Shown one piece after another: positions 10,151 through 25,899 of a stretch of 64,000 nucleotides of DNA. The translations under genes and the position numbers were made by a program. Below the pieces are notes generated by a model. It saw nothing but the letters and a program-made list of their open reading frames with translations. It did no database searches and was not told where the DNA came from. Origin of the DNA: Macrostomum lignano (taxonomy: Eukaryota); assembly GCA_002269645.1 (NCBI GenBank), contig NIVC01001046.1:310001-374000 (forward strand). Direction: 5' to 3'. How positions within the stretch are numbered: the first letter of the stretch is position 1; every line of letters starts with the position of its first letter.

Positions 10151-13100
10151 GTGTCGAATCTTACGAATCCATGTTGCTGCCCAACTTGCTGGCGAAGCTG
10201 CCGGAAGTCGTTCGTCTCGGGATGCTGAGAACTGCTCGGATTGCTTCCGTCGGTTATTCCTTTGGTAGCAGCTTGTCGCAGATGAAGGATGGCAATGGCT
10301 TAGATTCTGTGACGGAGTTTCTGCAGGTCTTGGAAATGGAGATTTTAGTCCGGGAGGAGGCGGCCGTTGGAGCTGGAGGGCAGACGTCCGGTTCCAATGG
10401 AGCGTCCAAGACTGCTGGTGAGAAACAGACAAGGGATGGCGGCACAGTGGCTGCGCTTCACACGAAGGTCAAAAAGGTCAGCACGGCTTGTCCCTTCTGC
10501 GAAACTGAACATGCTCCAGAGAAGTGCACTCGCCTGGTAGACGTTGCGGCACGACTCCAGTTTTTGAAGGAGCAGAGGCGTTGCTTCAGCTGTCTCTGCA
10601 AGGGACACAGCGTCAAGACCTGCTACCACAAGAAGCAATGTGAATTCTGCCAGATGAAGCATCACCCAAGTCTCTGTAGCGCACGCATGGAGAAGCTGCA
10701 GGGTAAGGATGGACCGAAGGCACCCGGCTCCACACTTGGAAAGGTGGGAGAAGACCGGAAGAAGTCCGAGCAGGCTGCTGCACAGAATGTGAAGAGTCAA
10801 GAAGTGAAGACCATGGCTATGGTGACAAAAGCTCAAACAGTGATCCTTCCAACAGCGGGAGCTGTACTGATTTCGACTGTTAACAATCAGGAGACTCCGG
10901 TGCGAATTCTCTTTGACTCTGCAAGCAACCGTTCGTTCATCTTGACCAGCTTGGCTGAGAAGATGGGGCTCCAGGTCATGGGCAGAGAGACGATGGAGGT
11001 GACAACATTCGGTGGCACAGAGGCCAAGGTGCTGCAGACTGCGATGGTCGAGTTCAAGCTTCGGAAATCTGACAGCACCGCCCAGTTCACAGTGCGCGCC
11101 AACACAGTGCCTTACATCTGCTCTCATCAGCCAGTTGTCAGCAGCTTGTGCATGAAGCACTTTCAACACCTCGACATGGCAGACTGGGACATCGGTGGTG
11201 AACAGAATCCCGAGATCAGTATCCTCATCGGAGCTGACCAATTCTACGACCTCGTCACAGGTCAAGTGATTCGCTCAGAGGTCGGCTCCGGTCCAGTTGC
11301 CGTATCCAGTCAGCTCGGTTGGTTGCTGTGCGGGTCACTGTCAGATGGGATCGCCGCAAGTGAGCTAGAGACTAGGTCAGAGCAGGTTCTTCTCTGCTGT
11401 GCTCAAGGAGCGGAGAAAGGTCTGGACAGCAGCACCATCGAGGCGTTCTGGACTTTAGAAGGTCTCGGCATCAGAAGTGCAGCCGAGCCTGATCAGCGTC
11501 CACTGACTCTGAATGCCCAGTTCCAAGAGGGTCGCTACTCAGTTCAGCTGCCGTGGAAGATTCCCAAGAAGGAATTAAGATTGCCCGACAATTTTGAGGT
11601 AGCGTTCAAGAGACTAAAGAACAATCTGACGAGGCTGCGTCGTGAGCCTGCGCTACTTCAGGAGTACCACCGCATTCTGACCAGTCAGAAGGAAGCTGGC
11701 GTAGTCGAAGAAGCTCCAGATGGGACCAGCGATCTCATCCACTACCTACCCCACCGAGCCGTAATCCGTCCTGAAGCTGAATCGACCAAAGTTCGAGTGG
11801 TTTTCGACGCGAGTGCCAAGCGAGATCAGTGCAGTCCATCGCTGAATGACTGTCTGGAAACAGGAACCTGTTCGTTGGCCGAGATTCCGCGACTGCTTCA
11901 GGCCTTTCGACTTCATCCGATCGCCTTGACTGCCGATATTGAGAAGGCTTTTTTGCAGATCCGAATTGCAGAAGACGATCGCGATGCTCTACGATTCCTC
12001 TGGCCACGGGATCCCAGTCAAGCTGATTCACCTCTCGTTGTTCTGCGCTACGCTGCTCTGGTGTTCGGACTCACCTGCTCACCTGCCGTCCTGGAGACTG
12101 TCATTCAACACCACTTGGCATCTCACCGAGGCCAGCATGCAGAGTTCGTGGATAAGGTGTCCAAAGAAATCTATGTGGACAACCTGATCTCTGGGTGCGT
12201 GGATGAACAGCAGGCCCTGGATCTCATCCAAAAATCCCGGCACATATTCCAACAGGCTGGAATGAATCTGCGACACTGGCAGTCCAACAGCAAGAATGTA
12301 TTGAAAGCGGTTCGCGCCAGCACACTAGACAGTGATGTTCTTGCTCCGGCGTTGTCGGCGGTGACAAAGGACATCACGGAGGACCCCTCCAGCTATTCAG
12401 CCGCCTCCTTGGGCGAAGATGGCGTATCGTCAAAAGTCCTCGGGCTGCGATGGGAGACAGGATCGGACGTGTTCGTGCTGCAGTTTTCTCCGCCAGAAGA
12501 TTTGCTCAAGGCGTCGCCCTCCAAGCGTGTCGTGCTACAGCTGCTGGCCCGTGTCTACGATCCTCTGGGCTTCCTGGTTCCGCTGCTTACGTTGCCGAAA
12601 TCGATGTTCCAGAAGCTGTGCGTTGAAAAGATCGCTTGGGACTGCCCGCTAAAGGAGCCGATTAAGCAGCAGTGGCTGAAGTGGTTGCAGGAGATGCTGG
12701 CAGGTCGATTTCAAGTTCCAAGGTTGGTGCTTTCGGCGACGAAGGAGGTCGAGGAGATACAGCTGCATGGGTTCTGTGATGCGTCAATCAAATGCTATGC
12801 GGCGTGTCTTTACCTGCGAGTGCAGTACACCGATGGTTCCGTCAGCTGCAACCTGGTGGCCGCCAAGGCGAGAGTGGCTCCACTGTCGGTTCTTTCAATT
12901 CCTCGGCTCGAACTCCTGGGTGCCTTGATACTCGCCAGACTGTTGACATCATCCATGAGTCAGTATCCTCATGTTCGCCAGGTGTTTTGCTGGACAGACA
13001 GTGCCGACACGCTCTACTGGATCCGGCAGCACAGACCCTGGAAGCTCTTTGTTCATAATCGGGTGACGGAGATCCGCCGCCTGGTGCCAGAGGATGCCTG

Positions 13101-14838
13101 GAGACATGTCCCAGGCGAGGAGAATCCGGCGGACGTTGCATCTCGAGGAACATCAGCGAGCAAGTTGAAGGCGGACGACAGCTGGTGGCACGGTCCAGAC
13201 TGGCTGGCACGACCTCCTGACGATTGGCCCGACCAATCCTTTCTCAGCTTACCGACAGCGGCAGTTGCCGAGAAGCAAAAGACACAAGTGAACCGTCCAG
13301 TTGTTCTGCTAACTGAAGCCGGTCCTGACATCAGTCTACAGGAAGTTCTCAATGACACGAACTTCTCATCCTGGATCAAGCTGATTCGGGTGACAGCCTA
13401 TGTCCTACGCTTCGTCAGAAACCTGCAAGCTAGAACTTCTGCAGCGGGGGAGGAGCGAGTGGGACCACTGGCTGCAGCAGAAGTCCTTGAAGTTGAAGAG
13501 CGCTGGCTGCGAGAAGTGCAGAGACGGAGTTTTCAAGCCGAAATTGCTCACATTCAGGAGTCAGCGGCCAGTACAGATCTCAGCAGGCAGTTGAATCTTT
13601 TTCTCGACAACAAGAGTATTCTCCGAAGCCAAGGTCGATTGAAGGAGTCCAACGCCTCTGCCGAGGTTGACTGTCCGATTCTGATCCCGAGCAAGTCACA
13701 CCTGGAGCTTCTTCTCATCTGGGACGCTCACGCCAAGGTTCTGCACGGGGGAGTGCCCAGCACTCTTTGTAAGCTGCGAGAGAGATTCTGGCTAATCAGA
13801 GGAAGACAGCGAGTCAAGTCGATCCTGAGAAGTTGCTTTGTCTGCAGACGTCTTCAAGGACTACCATATGCAGTGAAGCAAATCCCAGCCTTACCTGAAG
13901 CACGCGTGAAGTCTGGGAGAGCCTTTGAGTGGTGCGGACTCGACTACTGCGGACCTGTCAAACTGATGGAGGACACAGAGATCGAGAAAGGCTATATCCT
14001 GGTTTTCACCTGTGCGGCCACGCGAGCCCTTCACCTGGAACTGGTGAGCGACTTGACGACCGAGACCTTCCTGCGAGCCCTCCGACGGTTCTGTGCTCGG
14101 AGAGGAATTCCCAATCTCATCAGTGACAACGCCAAGACATTCACCAAGGCTGCCAAAATACTTCAGGCGTCGGAGAGTCGACAAGTTCAAGACTTCTGCG
14201 CCACCAGGAAAATCACCTGGCAATTCATCGTCGAACGCGCACCGTGGCAAGGAGGCTTCTGGGAGCGACTGATGAGGGACATCAAGCTGGCTTTGCGCAA
14301 GACCATCCTCAACGCAACCCTGACGCTGGACGAACTGCGGACAGTGCTAATGGAGGTGGAAGCGGTGCTCAACAGTCGGCCTCTACTCTACGTGGATGCC
14401 GAAACCAACGGAGAAGTCCTGACGCCGGCGCACTTTCTGGTCCTGCAACGGCTGACGGCGGAGCCAACTTCTAGCGGTACGCCCGAGCTCCTGCTGCCGT
14501 TGCCAACACTGCTGAGGCGAATGCGCGCCAGACTGCAAGCCTTCTGGGACTGCTGGGAGCGACAGTATCTGACCAGCCTGCGAGAACATAATCTAAGTCC
14601 CAAGCATGGCGTAACTCGAGAAGCGACGGCCGGCGACATCGTCCTGGTGAAAGGTGAGGCCGGGCAGCCGAGGCTTACCTGGTGTACCGGTGTCATCGAG
14701 TCGGTGCATCCTGGCCGAGACGGGGCGGTGAGATCTGCAACGGTTCGAGTCGCGCCCAGACCTGGCCGCGGTCCCAGGAGATGCTTGATTCGCCGACCGG
14801 TGGAGAACCTGATTTTGCTGGAAGCTGTGACTGAATGA
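10147..14838 (+). CDS. pol: BEL/Pao Gag C-terminus and Pol (protease, RT, RNase H, integrase)
   Basis: Three Cys/His knuckles (CPFCETEHAPEKC, CFSCLCKGHSVKTC, CEFCQMKHHPSLC), protease LFDSAS, RT ADIEKAFLQI and IYVDN, RNase H LHGFCDAS and RLELLGA, integrase HAKVLH..CFVC, GLDYCGP, ISDNA and GGFWERL. Open for more than 1500 codons to TGA 14838. Confidence 0.95.
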   Translation: MSVESYESMLLPNLLAKLPEVVRLGMLRTARIASVGYSFGSSLSQMKDGNGLDSVTEFLQVLEMEILVREEAAVGAGGQTSGSNGASKTAGEKQTRDGGTVAALHTKVKKVSTACPFCETEHAPEKCTRLVDVAARLQFLKEQRRCFSCLCKGHSVKTCYHKKQCEFCQMKHHPSLCSARMEKLQGKDGPKAPGSTLGKVGEDRKKSEQAAAQNVKSQEVKTMAMVTKAQTVILPTAGAVLISTVNNQETPVRILFDSASNRSFILTSLAEKMGLQVMGRETMEVTTFGGTEAKVLQTAMVEFKLRKSDSTAQFTVRANTVPYICSHQPVVSSLCMKHFQHLDMADWDIGGEQNPEISILIGADQFYDLVTGQVIRSEVGSGPVAVSSQLGWLLCGSLSDGIAASELETRSEQVLLCCAQGAEKGLDSSTIEAFWTLEGLGIRSAAEPDQRPLTLNAQFQEGRYSVQLPWKIPKKELRLPDNFEVAFKRLKNNLTRLRREPALLQEYHRILTSQKEAGVVEEAPDGTSDLIHYLPHRAVIRPEAESTKVRVVFDASAKRDQCSPSLNDCLETGTCSLAEIPRLLQAFRLHPIALTADIEKAFLQIRIAEDDRDALRFLWPRDPSQADSPLVVLRYAALVFGLTCSPAVLETVIQHHLASHRGQHAEFVDKVSKEIYVDNLISGCVDEQQALDLIQKSRHIFQQAGMNLRHWQSNSKNVLKAVRASTLDSDVLAPALSAVTKDITEDPSSYSAASLGEDGVSSKVLGLRWETGSDVFVLQFSPPEDLLKASPSKRVVLQLLARVYDPLGFLVPLLTLPKSMFQKLCVEKIAWDCPLKEPIKQQWLKWLQEMLAGRFQVPRLVLSATKEVEEIQLHGFCDASIKCYAACLYLRVQYTDGSVSCNLVAAKARVAPLSVLSIPRLELLGALILARLLTSSMSQYPHVRQVFCWTDSADTLYWIRQHRPWKLFVHNRVTEIRRLVPEDAWRHVPGEENPADVASRGTSASKLKADDSWWHGPDWLARPPDDWPDQSFLSLPTAAVAEKQKTQVNRPVVLLTEAGPDISLQEVLNDTNFSSWIKLIRVTAYVLRFVRNLQARTSAAGEERVGPLAAAEVLEVEERWLREVQRRSFQAEIAHIQESAASTDLSRQLNLFLDNKSILRSQGRLKESNASAEVDCPILIPSKSHLELLLIWDAHAKVLHGGVPSTLCKLRERFWLIRGRQRVKSILRSCFVCRRLQGLPYAVKQIPALPEARVKSGRAFEWCGLDYCGPVKLMEDTEIEKGYILVFTCAATRALHLELVSDLTTETFLRALRRFCARRGIPNLISDNAKTFTKAAKILQASESRQVQDFCATRKITWQFIVERAPWQGGFWERLMRDIKLALRKTILNATLTLDELRTVLMEVEAVLNSRPLLYVDAETNGEVLTPAHFLVLQRLTAEPTSSGTPELLLPLPTLLRRMRARLQAFWDCWERQYLTSLREHNLSPKHGVTREATAGDIVLVKGEAGQPRLTWCTGVIESVHPGRDGAVRSATVRVAPRPGRGPRRCLIRRPVENLILLEAVTE

Positions 14839-15183
14839 ACTTAAGTAACTGACTTTCAATGACTGTTCTAATCGTTGTTTCGAGTTTCTGTTTAGTTTTA
14901 GTTCGCAGTAATTTTCACTCCCTTTCAATCTTACCTTTTGAGCTCCTTAGCGCTGATTGGATTTTTTTGAGTTTCGTTTTCCCTTTGTTCCTACTTTTTC
15001 GTTAACTCAGTACTCTGGTGATGGTGTGTCACATTTTTAGTCATCAAGTCTGTTGTAATGTTGGAGCGTTTTTTGTTGTTCATTTGTTTTTTGCTATTCG
15101 TTTCGTTTAATTTCATTTAAGTTAATAGCGAGTTTCCTTTTTCGAATATCAATGTTAAGTACTGTAATGATGAAGCATCATTA

Positions 15184-15447
15184 GGGGGAGTGTGTTGGAT
15201 TTGGAGTGCCTGCGTACCGACCCTCTGCTATGTGTAGCGTCGCCAGTGTACACTTGGCGGTCCCCGTCTCAGAGTGTGTTGGGGTGGGGTTGATGTGCGT
15301 GAGGCGTTGATGAGTTAGAGAGTTGGAGAGAGAGAACATCGATTTAATTTAATATATATGCAATAATTTAGCCACAGGGCTCATTTACCTGTTTTTTTGT
15401 TAAAGTCTAACCCTCAGATTTTATTAGACTTAATTATTTCTTTAACA
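15184..15447 (+). repeat. Polypurine tract (GGGGGAG, 15184-15190) and 3' LTR (15191-15447)
   Basis: The purine run abuts the TG start of the LTR. The TSD ATTGG follows the LTR. Confidence 0.93.
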
Positions 15448-15596
15448 ATTGGAGCCAAACGCATTTTATTAAATAAAAAATAGTAATGTTAATAATGATA
15501 CAGACTAGTTAGGTGACGATGCATTAATAAAGTTTTAGCTGCTCACGCCATTAACCCACAGAGTTCCTATAGAGATCCTAAATTGAATCGCCGGCA

Positions 15597-17735
15597 ATGG
15601 ATCGCTACACTATACTGGGCAGGATTGGCGAGGGCGCCCATGGCATTGTGTTTAAGGCGAAGCATATTGAAAGCGGCGAGCTTGTCGCCCTAAAAAAAGT
15701 CATGCTTCGGCGCATTGAGGAGGGCATCCCAAATGCGGCGCTGCGCGAGATCAAAGCGCTGCAAGAAATCGAAGACAATCCCTACGTGGTTCGGCTGCGC
15801 GACGTCTTCTCGCACGGCGCCGGCTTCGTGCTCGCGTTCGACTTCATGTCCTCGGATTTGGCTGAGGTTATTCGCAACTGCGATAAACCGCTGGCTGAAT
15901 CCCAGGTGAGAAGATATTGAGAACATGATTGCCTCCCATTTATCCCCACCAACTTCCCATATCTCCAGGTAGGGGATCTTTAATTTATCCCCACCGACTT
16001 CCCATATCATTAAGTAGGGGATCTTTAATTTATCCCCACTGACTTCCCATATCACCAAGTAGGGGATCTTCAATTTATCCTCGCCGACTCCCCATATCTC
16101 CAAGTAGGGGATCTTCAATTTATCCTCGCCGACTCCCCATATCTCCAAGTAGGGGATCTTCAATTTATCCTCGCTGACTCCCCATATCCAGGTGAAGAGC
16201 TACATGGTGATGCTGCTGAAAGGCGTCCACTTCCTGCACTCGAACCAGATCATGCACAGAGATTTGAAGCCGGCCAATTTGCTCATTTCGGCCACTGGGA
16301 TGCTGAAAATTGCCGACTTTGGGCTGGCCAGGGTTTTCCAGCGCCTGCAAGGCGACCGGCAGTACAGCCATCAGGTTGGTTGCTCTCGAAATAATAATCG
16401 CTCGTACGAAGTTGATTGGTTTTCGAGTACAAAGTACTTAATGTACTAATTTTATTAGTTCGTGACCACAAGGTGGGCGCGTGATTCTAAGAATACATTC
16501 GGCTCTAATTAATGTCCAAGAACCACAAGAAGCTGCAGTTATATCAGGACGTTACAGTCTTTATTTGAAGGCCAATGTCGCTTAAAAATTCGGCCTTCAA
16601 ATATATTGTCCATTTTCTACTATAAGTACACGAGTATTATAGATACGTCCCGATACAGCAGTAACTTCTTGTAGTCCTTGACAATATCTTTGTCAAGACG
16701 ACTTACTACTTACTAGTACATAGAGTGCATCAACACCTCCCCTCACGTCAATACATAGCCTGTAAAATTTTTATTTTACTCAAAATCGTCTGATCAAACT
16801 CTCAGCTTCATCCAACAGAAGAAAGTAGCCGGTCAGCCCCAACCCCCATCAGCCCCGGCCCCACCAGCCCCAACCCCAACAGCCCCAACCCCCACCAGCC
16901 CCAACCCCACCAGCCCCAACCCCCACCAGCCCCAACCCCCACCAGTCCCAACCCCCACTAGCCCCAACCCCACCAGCCCCAACCCCCACCAGCCCCGGCC
17001 CCCACCAGCCCCAACCCCACCAGCCCCAACCCCCACCAGCCCCAACCCCCACCAGTCCCAACCCCCACCAGCCCCAACCCCCACCAGCCCCAACCCCCAC
17101 CAGCCCCAACGTCTCCGTTTTGCTCTAAATAAGTTGTATTTGGGGGATGACAGTTTGTTAAACATTTCTGGGAACTTTTAAAAATCAAAATGTACTTGAA
17201 AACGACAAGTACCACCACCCTCCCGCAGGTGGCCACCCGCTGGTACCGGGCACCGGAGCTGCTCTATTCCGCCCGTCGCTACGACGAAGGCGTCGACCTC
17301 TGGGCTGTCGGCGCCGTGTTCGGCGAGATGCTGGCCAACTCGCCGCTGTTCCCCGGCGAGAGCGACATCGAGCAGCTGTACTGCGTCACGCGGGTGCTGG
17401 GCACGCCGAGCGAGGCCAGCTGGCCTGGCATGGGCGACCTGCCGGACTACAACAAGATCAGCTTCGACCAGCTCAGCCCGGTGCCCTTCGAGGAGCTGCT
17501 GCCGGACGCCAGCCAGGCGGCCGTGGACCTGTTGAAGAAGTTCTTGGTGTACAGGTCCGACCGGCGAGTCCGGGCGGGCAAGGCGCTGCTGGATCCGTAC
17601 TTTTTCACTGAGCCGCTACCGTGCCATCACAGCGAGTTGCCGCTGCCAGCGCTGAGCAAAACTGGGCCGCTGCATCACGCGTTCGAGTACAGCACGGAGC
17701 CGCGCTGTCGGCTCTGTACTGAACAGTGTACTTAG
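15597..17735 (+). CDS. CDK20: Cyclin-dependent kinase 20 (CCRK), 3 exons
   Basis: Exons 15597-15905, 16192-16374 and 17229-17735, all phase-0 GT-AG joins. [50 protein letters not shown] and [17 protein letters not shown] match recalled CDK20 (PNQALRE, YTHQVATRWY). Confidence 0.93.
15935..16190. repeat. 45-bp minisatellite filling CDK20 intron 1
   Basis: About 5.5 copies of CCCATATCTCCAAGTAGGGGATCTTCAATTTATCCTCGCCGACTC. The last partial unit supplies the acceptor CCCATATCCAG. Confidence 0.9.
16833..17110. repeat. C-rich ~15/16-bp repeat (CCCCAACCCCCACCAG)n in CDK20 intron 2
   Basis: Direct reading. The G-tracts lie on the minus strand. Confidence 0.9.
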
Positions 17736-17749
17736 CAGCAACTTTGTAG

Positions 17750-17982
17750 GTCATATTAATGGGCAGATGTGCAACCGACAGCTCAGCCGCAGCTATTATA
17801 CGGCCGGCTGTTCAGTCCACGGGGAGTCGCCACACACACCCTCAATGGCACCCATTTAATAGCTGGGTGAACTGAAGCAATGCAGAGTTAAGTGTCTTGC
17901 TCAAGGACAAAAGTTGTTTCGAGTGGGTCGAGAATCGAACTTCCGACTTTTCAGTCGTGAGTCGGACGCTCCAACCACTGGC
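17750..17982 (-). mobile_element. tRNA-derived SINE with a CORE-like central domain
   Basis: Minus strand: A-box CAGTGGTTGGAGCG and B-box AGTTCGATTCTC, then TGTCCTTGAGCAAGACACTTAACTCTGCATTGCTTCAGTTCACCCAGCTATTAAATGGGTGCC (17909-17847), which resembles the MIR CORE TGACCTTGGGCAAGTTACTTAACCTC...GTAAAATGGGGA. Confidence 0.75.
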
Positions 17983-18894
17983 ATTAGAAAGTTTGAGAAG
18001 AGTATTATTCAAAGAGCGGCAAGGCTCAAAATACAACTGACAAATCTGGTCGAAAAACACCCACGCTAGATAAAAAACACCGGAACTTAGCTTTCTTGTC
18101 GGGTTCCGGTAGTTTTTCAAAGGAAAAACACAGAAAATCGCATCGTCTATATACTGAGTCTTTGTTCATACTTTTAATGCAGCCAATGTACTTATCTGTA
18201 CTGAAATTGTTCGTTAAATTTTTTGTAGTGTCTTCTGGTTGCATTTTTGACCATGCGATCAAGTGCATATGTAATTTATGCTTATTAGTAATTTCGAAAT
18301 CAATAAAAAACGGAATCTCATATCAATTGTACATACTTGCAAGTAAATCTGGCAAAGTTATTTTTGTTCGTTTCTTATTTGCAAGACAAGGCAGCAAGAC
18401 TGGAGTAAATAGATGCAGCAGTTTCAATAGAGCAATATTAAATACAATTTTAACTGGGAATATTTAGCCGAGCTACTAAAATATTCGTAATTGTATAAAT
18501 AAGATGCAGTGCAATTATGTTTAAAATGAAAAAATAAATAGAAAAGCGATACGTGATAAGCACGGACTAATTATTTAGTACACGCATGTACTTTGAAACG
18601 TAATGAACTTCCGGAGAGGTCAATAAAGTGAAAAAATGATGCATTGAATGTAACTGTACTTACAAAAGTTCTAATGTACTTAAAATCACTAGTTTTTGCT
18701 CTCTAGTCAGAGGGACAGTAAAATTGTAAAGTTCACCGAGTACTATCAAAACGCCTACATGTCCACCGTTTCATTCTGTCTATCTTTGACGTATTTGATT
18801 GATTAAAAAGAATCAGTGAAACGCACACAAATGTACACCTGTCCTTATCCCTTAGCGCACAATTGTATCACTTATCTTCAATAATTTGCTCCTT

Positions 18895-19135
18895 AGCACA
18901 GAATGTTCACAGACTCAATTAATTACCCCTTCCCCGCGCAGAATGTACATAAGCTCTCAATTCCTTACCCCTTTCCCGCGCAGAATGTACACAAGCTCTC
19001 AATTCCTTACCCCTTTCCCGCGCAGAATGTACACAAGCTCTCAATTCCTTACCCCTTTTACCACCCAGCGCAGAATGTACAAAGGCTCTCAATCCCTTAC
19101 CCCCCCCCCTCCACCAGCGCAGAATGTACGCAAAA
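18895..19135. repeat. ~42-bp minisatellite 3' of the P450 gene
   Basis: About 5 copies of GCAGAATGTACACAAGCTCTCAATTCCTTACCCCTTTCCCGC. Confidence 0.85.
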
Positions 19136-19177
19136 GTTACACGTAAACTTCTAAACTCTCCAATGAAAGTACAATAG

Positions 19178-23670
<4,493 letters not shown>

Positions 23671-23708
23671 TGTTTAGCAAAGATTCGCGTCTCGGGTTAG
23701 GAAGATCT

Positions 23709-23739
23709 ATTTATAGCATCGTCAGCCCCGATGACGTCA
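23709..23739 (-). promoter_or_regulatory. Putative P450 core promoter: TATA box and CRE
   Basis: TATAAAT on the minus strand (23715-23709) lies about 40 nt upstream of the inferred ATG at 23670. A perfect palindromic TGACGTCA sits at 23732-23739. Confidence 0.4.
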
Positions 23740-25426
23740 TGGAAAGGAATAGAATCGGATAAATGTGAGTGCTTTTCTCCGTCTGGCTAGGCCCTGCCTC
23801 TCGCCTCGGATGACTCCGCCATGGGCCTCGGTGTCCCGCTAGGGTCAGGCTCGGGTCACGAGGGTAAATGGAGCTCGAGCGGCCAGACGGGGGTCTGACT
23901 AAAGAGGGCTCCCGGGATTGGTGGGGAGCAAACTGGGATTTTCCTATCCGCCCTATACTTGCAGAGAAATTGAGGGCACTGGGTTTAGGGAAGGGTGGGC
24001 GAGGGCCCGGGAGGGTTGAGACGCCCTTTGGAGTAGGTGACCGCGGGCCCTGAACTCAGACTGTGGGGTCGCGCCTGGGTTTTCTAGGCGTCAGGGTCCA
24101 ACCAACATCTCTACCCAACCTCTTTGGCCCACAGAACTGTTGCAGAAATCTGCAGACTCCAGCTTAGAAAAAGCAGAGTGCCAATTTTGACAACCGGGAT
24201 CCAAATTCAGGATGCCAACAATTAAAGGTTGATGTGTCGTGACGCTCGCTATGACTCAGAAACCCAGGGTCACGCGGACTGATTCAAACTGTGCAAATGG
24301 TGTTAGTTGTTTGTAACTGTGCGGTGATGTCAAATTTTATGCCTAGCATTGACTCATCGGACAACGGGGGGGGGTCACCTGTCGTGTAGCTTAGAGAATT
24401 TCTGCTTTCAAGGCTTCACAATTTGAAGAACAATGTCCATCTCACATAGGTGTGAAAGTTACAAGATTGCTCACGTCATATGTAAGCCCCTCAGAGCGCA
24501 GTTTTGCGATAATTTTTACTTAAGAAGCGAATCAGCTACTCGTTTCAAATGAATCAGTAGTAGTATCGAGCATCAAAACTTATACAACTGAAATTTATTA
24601 ATTCTATTCATCATTTGATTTTTCATTTATCAATTTTGTACATTTTAAATACTGCATTTTTATCCTAGATACAAGATTTAGCAGTATTATTCTCTCAATA
24701 CTACTGAACTTACAATTTCTGAAAGTTGATTCCGCATGACCGCCCAATAGCTTCCGGGAGTCAAAGATTGGTCAAATCAATTTTTAAATGAGTCGAAACC
24801 AATTGTACACTGATTTGAGCAAAAATATGTGTACATTGTCAGAACACTAATTTATTGTAGTGATAAATATGAAACGAAAGTTTCATTGGATGTTTTACCT
24901 AAGAGAATAATATCATAACACATCAGAAAGCTTAATGACTAAGTACATAGTTAATGTCACATACTCGTATCTGGGTGGAACTGCCTGGTTACAGAGCAAG
25001 TTCATTTCAGACCCGTTGTTTTTGTCAACGAGGAGCAGACGGCTAGCCCCCCCCCCCCGTGGCCATCTGATAATAGGTCGAGTTTGTTGATGCGATTGCA
25101 AAAGTCTAATAGTCTTAATCAGTTCCTGTTGTTCAGCATCGAAACAGCTGTTACAAGTGAGCAGAAATGCTCATTAGTGCTCTAAAACTCTATCTAGTCC
25201 TAGTCAGTCCTAGTTCAGGAACTACTCAATACTCTGTCCTAGTTGCTTGATTTTGTTTATGTATAGGAAATGCTCTGGTCCTCAGAGCAATGGCAAATTG
25301 TCTATCATATTGAGCTGAGCTGTTTTGGCTATGCATACTATCACCCAGACACAATAGCAATCAGTTTTGGCCATTATTCCACAGCTGCTACCCACAGTTT
25401 TTATAGTTAGTAGAGGCCCAAGGGCT

Positions 25427-25725
25427 GGCGCACTTTAAGCGACATTGTCACACAACCGGCGAGAGGCATTGCTGCCCATTCCGTACGCAGTCATACGCAC
25501 AGGCTGTACACACTCACACAGGAGTGTACAGCGGCCCTAACTTTATTTATCGCTAGGCATGTACACTTTGTGCCTTGGGGGGTTGGCTCTCAAGGCCGTT
25601 AATTGCACGAGCAGAGCCAAGCCGAGATTCCAATTTAGCTCCAAATTAATGTGACTGCACTTGGAATCGAGCCTGGGCCGCTGGCACACCAGAGCGCAGC
25701 ACTGGACCACTGGGCTACACCCCCC
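25427..25725 (-). mobile_element. tRNA-derived SINE, family A copy 1
   Basis: Minus strand: A-box TAGCCCAGTGG and B-box-like GGCTCGATTCC. 3' end GTGTGACAATGTCGCTTAAAGTGCGCC is shared with the other copies. Confidence 0.85.
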
Positions 25726-25899
25726 CCCCCGGTGGAAGGGAGAAATCCGCATGTAAGATGCACTTGTTGAGCCGATTTGAACATTGTAAGAAACAATTTA
25801 CCATTTCCACACATGGCAAAAGCTGAGGGGTGGTCAGGTGGATAAAAATAGACATGCAAAAGCAGTCACGCGATGAACTTTGTACATGGGGGTTAACTG

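Larger units (their letters stand above)
9050..15447 (+). mobile_element. Full-length BEL/Pao LTR retrotransposon
   Basis: 257-bp LTRs at 9050-9306 and 15191-15447 (TG...CA), identical by eye. 5-bp TSD ATTGG at 9045-9049 and 15448-15452. PBS and PPT present. Domain order gag, PR, RT, RH, IN. No env-like ORF seen. Confidence 0.97.

Noticed and set aside
14839-15190. Possible env-like or extra ORF in the retrotransposon 3' region
   Set aside because: It is only ~350 bp, T-rich, and has no substantial ORF.
15564-15577. X-box-like GTTCCTATAGAGAT near CDK20, plus GTTGCTAGGGGAAG (~34772) and GTTGCCATTGGTTAC (~58290)
   Set aside because: Each deviates from the RFX consensus, and the positions do not consistently fit ciliary promoters. 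They are too weak without a PWM scan.
23760-24240. GC-rich stretch with a 61-aa ORF and a GTGAGT donor
   Set aside because: No homology or RNA motif was recognised. It could be a non-coding exon or repeat fragment, but this is unsupported.
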